A stretch of DNA of 64,000 nt from an uncultured virus (IMG/VR IMGVR_UViG_3300036806_000229). Lineage: Duplodnaviria > Heunggongvirae > Uroviricota > Caudoviricetes. This document shows, one piece after another, positions 55,745 through 64,000 of the stretch; position 1 is the stretch's first letter, and every line of letters starts with the position of its first letter. The position numbers and the translations under genes are program-made. The notes under the pieces are model-generated. The model was not told the origin of the DNA. It was given only the letters and a program-made list of their open reading frames with translations, and ran no database searches. The stretch is taken from IMG/VR virus record IMGVR_UViG_3300036806_000229; one strand, 5' to 3'.

Positions 55745-56125
55745 TTAATCCAACTCGAAGCGGACTTTACCGCCGCCATCTGAACCAAAGACTAATGTCC
55801 CAGACCATTTTTCGGGCAGGGAATGATCCTCTTTAAGCCTCGCCGCGATGGCACGGGGGATGTAGCCCAGATGAAGCATTCCTGTGGACAATATCCGGTC
55901 CATTGACCAGCTTGAATAGCCTCGGGACAGATTGTCCAATTCCCCATAACACTCCAGTGGAATATTACTGGCGTCGAGCCATACCATAATCGCGTTTTCG
56001 TCATGGGGGTTGCTTGGTTCGAGGCAGAGCTGCAGTGGAATGTCCGCCGAACATGCGGCCAGGATTGCGTTGGCAGGCGGGTGGAAACGTGTGCCGACGA
56101 TGGGGTATTGATAGATTGTGCTCAT
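55745..56125 (-). CDS. HIRAN domain protein
   Basis: IVGTRF, L.LEP.NPHDENAIMV, HLGYIPR..A. Confidence 0.85.
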   Translation of the reverse strand: MSTIYQYPIVGTRFHPPANAILAACSADIPLQLCLEPSNPHDENAIMVWLDASNIPLECYGELDNLSRGYSSWSMDRILSTGMLHLGYIPRAIAARLKEDHSLPEKWSGTLVFGSDGGGKVRFELD

Positions 56126-56175
56126 GGTATTTCCTCTGGTGCGTTGAGATGATCGGTCGTTTGCTCATCACTCCA

Positions 56176-57639
56176 TCATGGGCACACGCCTAAGCTGCCG
56201 GCCGCCGTTCCCATGTTAGAATTGCACACAAAGCCACCGCGCACACCGACGCCGTTCGGCAGGGTGCCGCCGTTGAAGACTGCGGTTGAATTAGTGTCCG
56301 GGTTAAAGCTCAGCGCTTGCCATTGTGAAAATGTGTAGCTCGTTTGCGTCGAGCATGCGCCGCTATTTGATACCGTACAATGGAACAGCGCCGAGCCGCT
56401 TGCTGGTAAGTAATAGGTATTGCCGGATGGAACTCCCCACTGATTGTTACTATGAGCCCAGTCAGATCCAGGGGTACCATCATCTTGGTTATAGTAGGTA
56501 TAGTCGCCGTTCGTTACGATAATATTATTATAAATTCTTATGTATTGTAGGAGACAAAGGCCACCAGTCCCGCCACAGCCAGTTATGTCACTACGAGCCC
56601 CTTCGTCAAAAAGAATGATCACTGCTCCTCCGTTTCCGGAGAAGTTTTGAGTTTGCACCATAGTGTTGTTGTAAATATCCCAACTACCACTGTTACTTAG
56701 CTGAAGATCGGCCCCCGGGCCATTGTCATGCAGATAGTTATCATGAAATAAATTTATTCCATAGGATGTGTGTGGAGCACCTATTTCATCTATGAAACCA
56801 TTGCTTCCGCACCATTGGGTTCCATTTACGTTGCCAAAGAACTCGTTAAATGCTATTGTTCTGTGATCAGCAGTAATATCAAACCACAGCCCAGATGAAT
56901 TATTGTTGTGCATTTTATTGTTGGTGTATAACGCAGAGGTCACGCCACTAAGTTTTTGACCAGCACTGTCGGAAGTTGCTGTGCAAGGATCTGAAAGACT
57001 CGTGTTATTGGCGTATATGTCGTTGTTATTTGCAACGATACTTGGACCATTAGCCGCATGAACGCCGTTCAAAAAATTGTCATGAATAAGACTGTTCTGT
57101 ATTGTCGTATTGGGGCCGATATCAAACCCCTCGTTGTTGTTGAACGCGACTTCAACCGTGTCTATCAACCATCCACTTGCCCCGTTACAGCAGCTTGGGT
57201 AAACACCCGCAAAGCCGTTGTAGTGCTGAATGGTCATGTTCTTGATCGTCACGTCGGTAATCGCGGCGCCATTCGATAAGAAAGCGCTGGTAAGCGAATT
57301 ACTCCCGTCGAGAATGGTCTGCCCGATATTGGCTCCCCAGAAAACGTCGCCGCTCTTCGGTATCACTGCCTCATGGTAAGTGCCAGCAGCGATACAGAAA
57401 GTCGTATTGTTACCGTGTGCGTTGACCGCAGCCTGAATAGCGCCGGCCGTGGCCGAGACAAGTGTGCCTGAACAGGTCGGAGGCGGAGGCGGCCCGGTTG
57501 GGGTTGGCTGCTTCGCCGTGGTAGACAACAAAACCTGGCTCGCATCCTGAGCCAGAGCAACGGCGCCTAGAGCGATCAACGCAACAAAGGAAATTACGGT
57601 TCCAGTTCCTACGGTAGTTAATGTAGGCGGCGGGATCAT
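56176..57639 (-). CDS. Exported right-handed beta-helix (pectin-lyase-like) protein, possible depolymerase or adhesin
   Basis: Hydrophobic leader ending ALA-Q; IQAAVN..FCIAAGTY, ILDG and Asn-ladder repeats (IHDN, IYANN, GLWFD); 12 Cys. Confidence 0.75.
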   Translation of the reverse strand: MIPPPTLTTVGTGTVISFVALIALGAVALAQDASQVLLSTTAKQPTPTGPPPPPTCSGTLVSATAGAIQAAVNAHGNNTTFCIAAGTYHEAVIPKSGDVFWGANIGQTILDGSNSLTSAFLSNGAAITDVTIKNMTIQHYNGFAGVYPSCCNGASGWLIDTVEVAFNNNEGFDIGPNTTIQNSLIHDNFLNGVHAANGPSIVANNNDIYANNTSLSDPCTATSDSAGQKLSGVTSALYTNNKMHNNNSSGLWFDITADHRTIAFNEFFGNVNGTQWCGSNGFIDEIGAPHTSYGINLFHDNYLHDNGPGADLQLSNSGSWDIYNNTMVQTQNFSGNGGAVIILFDEGARSDITGCGGTGGLCLLQYIRIYNNIIVTNGDYTYYNQDDGTPGSDWAHSNNQWGVPSGNTYYLPASGSALFHCTVSNSGACSTQTSYTFSQWQALSFNPDTNSTAVFNGGTLPNGVGVRGGFVCNSNMGTAAGSLGVCP

Positions 57640-57697
57640 AGATGAACCTTCCGATATCCGCTCGTCGCGTCCATTTTTATCAAACTCTCCTCTGAAT

Positions 57698-57741
57698 TAA
57701 AAGCCCCGGCTCTCGACCTCTGGTGGCTTGGGGAGGGGCTC
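57698..57741 (-). terminator. Possible intrinsic terminator (minus strand)
   Basis: AGCCCC...GGGGCT stem followed by TTTAATT on the minus strand, after ORF 57768..58073. Confidence 0.4.
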
Positions 57742-57767
57742 CTGGCCCCTCCCTCTCCATGTGTTTG

Positions 57768-58073
57768 CTAAGGCGCGCAGGTGAACGGGCAACCTCCCCA
57801 GCTGTAGGGTGGTAGCGCTGCCGATGCGGCCTTCGCGGCCTCATCGCATAGCGCGGGTGTGGCGAAGCACTCCCGAATTTGCCGCAGGCCGACGGTGCCA
57901 TCGCCGACCGGCGAGCAGCCATTGACGATCATTTTCTTGGTGCCGTAGGTCACATATATCGGCGTGCAAACTTCGGTGCCGATAAAGGAATTGCCGCCGG
58001 CTTTCGCTGTGGTGGGTATGCTGCCGGCAAGACAACAGGATGCGACGGCCGCGAGTGCGAGTGTTTTAAACAT
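57768..58073 (-). CDS. Exported small Cys-rich protein
   Basis: Signal peptide AKA-G; 6 Cys in the mature part. Confidence 0.6.
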   Translation of the reverse strand: MFKTLALAAVASCCLAGSIPTTAKAGGNSFIGTEVCTPIYVTYGTKKMIVNGCSPVGDGTVGLRQIRECFATPALCDEAAKAASAALPPYSWGGCPFTCAP

Positions 58074-58126
58074 TTAAAGACCGATCCTTTGTGTGCGCTG
58101 GATTACGTGAGCAGTCATCGGTAACG

Positions 58127-58492
58127 TTAGAATACCTGATCCACATCCGTAATACGGAGGATCATGCCGTTGTTGCCAAAGTCCAGCTTGCATTGCATGT
58201 AGTCGCCTGGGACTAAAAAACTGACCCGTTGCTTGTTATTCGCCGCCTGAATAAGCCCATCAGCCTGCTCCCCGAGAGCAACTTTCACTGCCTCGAATGT
58301 GCTTTCCCGCCCGGGCCACGCCGCAGCTGTTAGGCCAATGCCATACCACACGTCAACGTCGTCAAACTGCCACCCATCGCATTGCGTGCCGAGATGTTGA
58401 TTGGTGATGCGGTGCGTCGAATCATCCGCGAACGCCGTGCCAGCAAGCGCTGTCAACGCAGTGGCGACAAAAGCAAGTGATTTGAGCTTCAT
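58127..58492 (-). CDS. Exported protein
   Basis: Signal peptide MKLKSLAFVATALTALAGTAFA-D; GGAG RBS; 2 Cys. Confidence 0.7.
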   Translation of the reverse strand: MKLKSLAFVATALTALAGTAFADDSTHRITNQHLGTQCDGWQFDDVDVWYGIGLTAAAWPGRESTFEAVKVALGEQADGLIQAANNKQRVSFLVPGDYMQCKLDFGNNGMILRITDVDQVF

Positions 58493-58513
58493 TTGTTACT
58501 CTCCGTGGTTGAA

Positions 58514-58897
58514 TTAAAGAACCAGTTCCTTTGAACCTGACCTTGCTATATGTTCCCTCCTTTCGTCTCGTTCGCGTTGCTTACGCAGATCTGGTTCAAG
58601 GTTTGGAACCAGATCCATGTTGGTGTCGATCCATTTCTGGATCTCATCATGAAACAACCACTTTAACGTTGCTTCAGGATCGGAAATGAAATCTTCAAGC
58701 ATGGCTTGAACGGAAGTGATGTGCAGTGTCCGATGGAATGCCTTGGCGGTGAACCTGCCGGCCTTTATCGGCAACATACAACTCACGTCAATGGTGCCAT
58801 CGATATTAGGAAACAGTTGAAGCGTAGGAACGATTGCCCCGGTTAGTAATCCTGGACGGAAGTTGACTTGAGGCCGGTTTGGGTCGAAGAGTTGCAT
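58514..58897 (-). CDS. Hypothetical protein
   Basis: ORF in the early arm. Confidence 0.6.
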   Translation of the reverse strand: MQLFDPNRPQVNFRPGLLTGAIVPTLQLFPNIDGTIDVSCMLPIKAGRFTAKAFHRTLHITSVQAMLEDFISDPEATLKWLFHDEIQKWIDTNMDLVPNLEPDLRKQRERDERREHIARSGSKELVL

Positions 58898-58945
58898 GTT
58901 ACAGCGTTCCTGGCGGCGGCCATTAGAGAGTGCGGTTTTCGTCCG

Positions 58946-59161
58946 TCATAGCGGCGGGCCAGCCAGATCTGCAGACTCCTGCCCACCTCGGCCGCATGGT
59001 CGAATATCAATGATCGTGACACGATATCCTGCGTGTAACCGAACCGACGTGGCGGCATTAGCAGCCGAGTATGCGTCAACCTCCATCGACCTTGCAAGTC
59101 CACCACAGAGATATTCGATACGGTATCGGGTCATATTCGAGCGTTCGGTTTTGTTACTCAT
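58946..59161 (-). CDS. Hypothetical protein
   Basis: ATGA-coupled to the upstream gene. Confidence 0.45.
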   Translation of the reverse strand: MSNKTERSNMTRYRIEYLCGGLARSMEVDAYSAANAATSVRLHAGYRVTIIDIRPCGRGGQESADLAGPPL

Positions 59162-59592
59162 AAAGGTTTCCACAAAATCGGGCGCGACGGACCCATGTCG
59201 GCTTCCTCTTCGATCCACCACGTGCCTTTTATCCATTCGCCGTTGTAGTGGGCGCGATGAAAGCCGGTTGATCCGGGCTCGATGACCTGGAACAACGAGC
59301 CGTCCTTCGGACAATAGATCGCGTCTTGCCAGCCCAAATCTTTCAGGCGCTCCGTTGCCTCGAACAGCATTTTCACGGCCGCGCCCTCGTCAGGCATCAG
59401 CTCGGCGCGCCGCTCCTCAGCCTTCTTCGCCGCTGCCAACAACGAATTTGCACGCTCCCTGTCCAGCTGCCGAAGCAACGCAGCTATCTCATATGGGCCT
59501 AGGACTCGTAATTTAGTCGGATGGATATCGGCCATTTCGGCACGAGTCCGAGTTTCAATCTCGACATCGGTCGGCTCCAATACCACATTCAT
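59158..59592 (-). CDS. Hypothetical phage protein
   Basis: LGW.DAIYCPKDGS.F.VIEPGSTG motif typical of small phage proteins. Confidence 0.65.
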   Translation of the reverse strand: MNVVLEPTDVEIETRTRAEMADIHPTKLRVLGPYEIAALLRQLDRERANSLLAAAKKAEERRAELMPDEGAAVKMLFEATERLKDLGWQDAIYCPKDGSLFQVIEPGSTGFHRAHYNGEWIKGTWWIEEEADMGPSRPILWKPL

Positions 59593-60248
59593 GACGCGGC
59601 CTCTAATTCTTCGATCGTCACACCGAAAAGCGGCAAGAAAAACAAAGGCTTCCCTTGCTTTCGCAATACATCGATTCCCTGGATCTCGTTGGTGGCCCAG
59701 GCTGCTTCCCTGGCTCCGGTCCTGGCTCCTATGGCTCTGACCCTGGGTGCGACCCAGGCTATTTTCCTGACTACGGCATTGGTCGCTTCTATAGCTGCGG
59801 CACTAGCTGTGGCACTGGCCGCGACCCAGTTTGCGCCCCAGGTTACTTCCCATTGCGTCGATGTAAATCTGAAAGGTTTTGGCGCCATCCTATCCAATAA
59901 ACGCCAGAAGCGCAGAACTAGCGGCGCCTTGTCCCCCAGGACTCGCTCGGGACGGTCCAGCACGTCTTGCGGGCACCCTGTAGCATGGTCGTTGACTATT
60001 CGCAGCAAACAAGCGTGAGCTACTGATATCCCAAGCAGTTTAGCGACCTCACGATCAGCGATATATTGCTCAGCGTCGCGCAACTGACCGTCGGACCATC
60101 CTGCGAGCCGCAAGATGTCGCCTTGGGCGCAACAACAGCCGTCATCGTCGATTAACCTGCCTTTGAACAGAGGCCGACTATTCGGATCTTCCCATCGCTT
60201 AATGATTTTCTCGATGGTGATCTGTTCAGGTGGCTTTCCGTCTCGCAT
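59589..60248 (-). CDS. Hypothetical protein with Ala/Trp-rich repeat region
   Basis: GAGG RBS; CCCAQG motif. Confidence 0.6.
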   Translation of the reverse strand: MRDGKPPEQITIEKIIKRWEDPNSRPLFKGRLIDDDGCCCAQGDILRLAGWSDGQLRDAEQYIADREVAKLLGISVAHACLLRIVNDHATGCPQDVLDRPERVLGDKAPLVLRFWRLLDRMAPKPFRFTSTQWEVTWGANWVAASATASAAAIEATNAVVRKIAWVAPRVRAIGARTGAREAAWATNEIQGIDVLRKQGKPLFFLPLFGVTIEELEAAS

Positions 60249-60402
60249 CGTTGACCTCAGGGGTTCATTAGTTGATATGAGATAGGTGCCTTGGAAGGGT
60301 GGGTACAATAGCACAATATGGATGGATGGTCATGCAAAATTGGTGCGGCGGAGTGTCGCATGACCACCCAAATCATCCCAGTGAACCCACCCTCCGTTGT
60401 CC

Positions 60403-60705
60403 TTAGTTCATTGTTGTATTCGGCGGTGGTACAGTCGCAGTCATCATGATTGTGATTTCGGACTTTAACATGTCTGTGATTAAGCGGTACAGAGATACAA
60501 GCTTGACCTGTAACCGTTGTGGCTCGGCTTGGACTTCTGGATCGCATACCGCCGTTGCCATCATCATACTAGCGGTAATCTTGACTAGCATTTCCACAGC
60601 ATCGCTGCATTGGGCTTTGTTGGCTTGGAATAGTGCTATAACCTGTTGGCTTAGTTCGGTTTTGGCTTCTTCAGAAAGATATTCACGTTCTGGATTCATG
60701 TTCAT
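60403..60705 (-). CDS. Hypothetical protein
   Basis: AGGAG RBS; coupled ORF. Confidence 0.55.
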   Translation of the reverse strand: MNMNPEREYLSEEAKTELSQQVIALFQANKAQCSDAVEMLVKITASMMMATAVCDPEVQAEPQRLQVKLVSLYRLITDMLKSEITIMMTATVPPPNTTMN

Positions 60706-61184
60706 GGCTCCTGGTTGTAGATTTGTTTGTACAGTTTTCGCCAATCGGTTCTGAAACCTTCTTGCCACCATACAACACTGCCGTGGTAATAGCAGATATC
60801 GGCGTGGGCATAGTTTTCTAAAGCATCTTTTTCCCTTGCCTCGGGCCAGGGTTGTGGCCAGTAGTTTGGCATGGAATCCTTGCCGCCGATTTCGATCGGG
60901 ACTAGATGATCGCCTTCGTATTGATTCTCGGTTCGAACATCCAGTCCATATTGCAACATGGACATGATTTTGAATTTCTTATCCTGATTTTTATCCCGGT
61001 GTGCGGTGCTGTAGTTCCAGGCACATATTACCTTTGGATCGGTTGTATCTATGTCACCGGGGGTAAGCAATTCGTCTGGTAAACTTACCAGTCCAGCATG
61101 GACTGGAAGTGAATCTGTGCTCGCTGCGAGGAATATACCCATACAGAGGGCGGGGATTTGAATCCCGAGGCGGGAAGTGGTCAT
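60702..61184 (-). CDS. Exported HNH-like (His-Me finger) nuclease
   Basis: Signal peptide VHA-G; LTPG, YEGDHLVPIEIGG..N.WPQP..KD.LEN. Confidence 0.65.
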   Translation of the reverse strand: MTTSRLGIQIPALCMGIFLAASTDSLPVHAGLVSLPDELLTPGDIDTTDPKVICAWNYSTAHRDKNQDKKFKIMSMLQYGLDVRTENQYEGDHLVPIEIGGKDSMPNYWPQPWPEAREKDALENYAHADICYYHGSVVWWQEGFRTDWRKLYKQIYNQEP

Positions 61185-61286
61185 CGGTTCGGTTTCCTTT
61201 CCATGTTGAGTAAGTTTTCAGGGTGGATTGCGGCGCGGATCAGAAGCTTGACGCGTGGTTTCATGCCGGAGTGCCCTTTCTGGCGT

Positions 61287-61613
61287 TTAAGAATAATAGG
61301 GGCCAATTATATAGTAGCCCATTATTACTTGGTCAGTGTATTCCTCGCCGTCGAACACGAACTTGACGAGGATACCTGAGAAGAAACTGTCAGTCTGACA
61401 ATTGTCCCAGCCCTTGAACTGCTGAGAAAAGCCGTCGCCACGTTTCATGTCGTGCAAATCGTAGAGTTTACCCCTGTATCGCACGAACTCAGCGTCATCC
61501 TGTCTCGTTTCATCGTTGATATAGTAGAATTCAGCCTGTTCCCTTGGTGTCAAATTGTACCAACGCAGAGTTGAGCGAGGCTTGTGATTGGTGATGATTA
61601 CTAGATCAGACAT
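61287..61613 (-). CDS. Hypothetical phage early protein
   Basis: AAGGA RBS; FVRYRG..YDL..GWD..DSFFSG. Confidence 0.65.
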   Translation of the reverse strand: MSDLVIITNHKPRSTLRWYNLTPREQAEFYYINDETRQDDAEFVRYRGKLYDLHDMKRGDGFSQQFKGWDNCQTDSFFSGILVKFVFDGEEYTDQVIMGYYIIGPYYS

Positions 61614-61659
61614 TGGGTTTATTTTCCTTCCATTGTCCTTTTCAACTTCGGTTAAACGG

Positions 61660-62487
61660 TTAAACGGTTAATCGGTTAAACTTCCGTATCTGGTTGTTGA
61701 TCCATTCCACTGGTCTGGATACGATTTCCTCGTCATGGAGCCGGACAGGTGGGATGAATAAGGTGGTTTCGGGTTTGAGACCAAAAGCCCGGGTTAGATA
61801 TTCGTAATATTTTTCGGGATCGAGATAATCAAATCCATTTACGCCATGCGGCCAGGCAATGTGACTGGACCGGGTTCTGTGTATATTTAACCAATTACAC
61901 ACATCATATGTCATACGGCGGGAAAAGCCCTGAGAGGTTAGAGCGTAACATGCCGTAGCCAGATCTATTGGATGGGTGTTGATTTCGGCGGTGATTACGG
62001 TCTCGCCGTTGTCTTCACCTTCGGTGATTGATATGATGGAGAGTTTGACTGGGCGGATCCTGGTCATTGCCAAAGCTAACGCGAGGACGGTGACGCCGCG
62101 TTTGGTTAGGATTTTGGCATTAACACCGCCAGATGACGTGACGCATAGATAGATGTTTATACCAGTGCGGTCGTTCGGGATTTCCACCCGTCGCCGCATT
62201 GACGTTGGCAAGCTGCGCAAGTGATCGGGGATTATGGGATATGCACCTGCCGGCGATGGTATCCATTCCGCCTTCGGTACGTTGATTTCGGTTGTGAGTT
62301 TCCGGATCAGGGCCTCGGCTTCGGGAACCAGGCGCTTGTCGCCAACAAGGCTAAATTTTTCCGTCTGGTCCACGGTCTCGCCACCGTGCCATGCGAGGTC
62401 TGTGCTGATGGGTATTTTTCTATACCCTTTCGCGTGTTGGATCCAGTCCTGGCGGAGGGCGGCGATTGATGAATAGTGTTTGATCAT
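61660..62487 (-). CDS. vWA-like partner of the MoxR/CobS-type ATPase
   Basis: AGAYP.IP..L...P.SMRR, S.GV.A....KRG..LAL; downstream of the AAA gene. Confidence 0.55.
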   Translation of the reverse strand: MIKHYSSIAALRQDWIQHAKGYRKIPISTDLAWHGGETVDQTEKFSLVGDKRLVPEAEALIRKLTTEINVPKAEWIPSPAGAYPIIPDHLRSLPTSMRRRVEIPNDRTGINIYLCVTSSGGVNAKILTKRGVTVLALALAMTRIRPVKLSIISITEGEDNGETVITAEINTHPIDLATACYALTSQGFSRRMTYDVCNWLNIHRTRSSHIAWPHGVNGFDYLDPEKYYEYLTRAFGLKPETTLFIPPVRLHDEEIVSRPVEWINNQIRKFNRLTV

Positions 62488-62546
62488 CGAATGATGGCGC
62501 TTAAAGTGGAAGGAATGGAGCTAACGCGTGGAGCTGACGCGTGGTT

Positions 62547-62762
62547 TTACGGATTTTGCTCCCTGTTCCAGGTCCAGTAACGCAAGATGGTTATACCAGT
62601 GATGTGGATATGGTCCAGGTTTTCGTCATGGGCTTTTCGCCTGGCTTGATCCTCAGCATGTTGCGCGTTTCTTGCCTGGATATGATAATCCTTAACAATG
62701 TTGTATTTTTCGCTGGTCGAGTTCAGCATACTGGCCCGGAGGCTGACGCGGTAGTTGATCAT
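62547..62762 (-). CDS. Hypothetical protein
   Basis: Coupled ORF. Confidence 0.55.
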   Translation of the reverse strand: MINYRVSLRASMLNSTSEKYNIVKDYHIQARNAQHAEDQARRKAHDENLDHIHITGITILRYWTWNREQNP

Positions 62763-63076
62763 GGGATAAGTACTCCGGCAGATGTCAAGATTGAATTGGC
62801 GCGTGACATGGCGTTGTGGATTGCTTTTTCCTTGTCGTTGGTTTTGTCTAAGGGGAAACTTCCGTGATAATTTAACCAGGCTCTATATATCTCTCTCAAT
62901 GCCATGAGAATTGTGTTTAAATCTGTGTTTAAATCCGTGTTTAAATCTGGTAAACTTTGCCACGATTTATCGTTTCGTTTGAACCAGTTCAACAACCCAT
63001 CCACGTTGCCATAGATCATAAACATTTCTTCGATGTGGTATGGATTGCAGACGGCAATCTTGGTAGCGTATTTCAT
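62759..63076 (-). CDS. Hypothetical protein
   Basis: GGAG RBS; internal DLNT x3 repeat. Confidence 0.55.
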   Translation of the reverse strand: MKYATKIAVCNPYHIEEMFMIYGNVDGLLNWFKRNDKSWQSLPDLNTDLNTDLNTILMALREIYRAWLNYHGSFPLDKTNDKEKAIHNAMSRANSILTSAGVLIP

Positions 63077-63273
63077 GTTTTGTCTCCCTGAAGGATTGGA
63101 TCCTGATAGATTGACACATGGCAATAGATACAAGCGATACAAGCTTCTTTGTCCCACGTGTGATAGTCCATCCATTTACAAGCAATCTGTGGTGAGATTG
63201 CGTGCGTAATTGTTTGTAATAAATCGATGAAGCTGTTTTCGGAACGCCAGTAGGCGATAGTTGTATTGTCCAT
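63073..63273 (-). CDS. Small Cys-containing hypothetical protein
   Basis: Coupled ORF; C...H....CIAC. Confidence 0.5.
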   Translation of the reverse strand: MDNTTIAYWRSENSFIDLLQTITHAISPQIACKWMDYHTWDKEACIACIYCHVSIYQDPILQGDKT

Positions 63274-63599
63274 TAGTTTTCTCCGTGTTCCAGTTCCGGT
63301 TCCGGTTTTAGTTGAGCTTGACGCCTGGTTTGTGTTTCGCGCATCGCGATTTCCAAGCCGGTTTTAAATTCAAGATATAAGCTCCAGGTTAATAAATCCC
63401 ATAAACAGAGCAAATACCCTGCCTGGAATTGGGTACTTGCCGGGTCGGTGTCGAAGCTGGCTATGGCGACGCAGAGTTCCATTTTTGTGGCGTGCTGATA
63501 CATTAACTGGGCGGCTTTATAACCACGAGCTTGACGCGCGGTTGGTGGGGGCTGAAGCTGGGAGGAAAAGCTGACGCGTGATACGCGTGATTCCATCAT
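63273..63599 (-). CDS. Hypothetical protein
   Basis: GAGG RBS; coupled ORF. Confidence 0.5.
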   Translation of the reverse strand: MMESRVSRVSFSSQLQPPPTARQARGYKAAQLMYQHATKMELCVAIASFDTDPASTQFQAGYLLCLWDLLTWSLYLEFKTGLEIAMRETQTRRQAQLKPEPELEHGEN

Positions 63600-63603
63600 A
63601 GTT

Positions 63604-64000
63604 TTACCTCGTGAGGCTGGTTTTTTGCTCTGGACTTAAGGCGGCAAACACAGTCATGTCCAAGGCTTCGTCTGTGCTAAAGCCTTGTTGGATCAAACCC
63701 GCGCCAGTGAAACTCGCGCGTGGAGAGATTATGATTTGTAAACCTTGGTTCTTGGCTTTTAGCCTAAGATTTTGCACCTTGGCACAGAATTGTTTATTTG
63801 GACATAAAACCATTTCCAACCCTTCGTCATAGGGCCAGTCAATCTTTGGATGAAACCGATCCAAACTCGCGGCGTCGAGCCGGGCACGACCCACGTATTC
63901 ACTTGTCGCACCTAAGCCCCATGTATTCGCGCAGGCGATGCAAATAAAATCCGGGTGCCGGCGAATTAAACCCCCTGGCGTTGACATGAAGTCATTCGCC
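63604..64000 (-). CDS. MoxR/CobS-like AAA+ ATPase, C-terminal part (gene continues beyond the window)
   Basis: HPDFICIACANTWG.GA...YVGR..LDAASLDRF, ISPRAS. Confidence 0.85.
   Translation of the reverse strand, partial: ANDFMSTPGGLIRRHPDFICIACANTWGLGATSEYVGRARLDAASLDRFHPKIDWPYDEGLEMVLCPNKQFCAKVQNLRLKAKNQGLQIIISPRASFTGAGLIQQGFSTDEALDMTVFAALSPEQKTSLTR

Noticed and set aside
61650..61681. CtrA boxes in the TTAA-rich repeat
   Set aside because: Spacing is TTAA-N4-TTAA, not the TTAA-N7-TTAA consensus

Overview
The window is most of a tailed dsDNA phage genome, siphovirus-like with an RcGTA-type tail tip (DUF2460 / DUF2163 / NlpC-P60 / tip protein). The host is probably an alphaproteobacterium; this is inferred from the DUF6362 gene, the GcrA-like HTH and the tail tip. 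It has two converging arms. The plus strand (about 0.7-41.1 kb) carries packaging, lysis, head and tail genes. The minus strand (41.1-64 kb) carries replication, recombination, nucleotide metabolism and early genes: a split PolA, a DUF3987 helicase-like protein, ThyX, dCMP deaminase, a ParB-methyltransferase, an SSB / Sak4-like / exonuclease module and a MoxR-AAA + vWA pair. The standout feature is about 20 genes, mostly tail-fibre, spike or lectin-like, with Sec-type signal peptides and always an even number of cysteines in the mature chain. Most sit in two blocks inside the morphogenesis operon, whose core proteins lack signal peptides. This suggests an exported, disulfide-bonded fibre system assembled outside the cytoplasm. 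Other notable points are a PolA split inside its proofreading domain, a lambda Q/pR'/tR'-like late switch after DUF6362, a Tad1/Acb2-like gene and a portal-InPase fusion. All family calls come from motif recognition by eye; no database searches were run. No integrase, tRNA or CRISPR array was seen.
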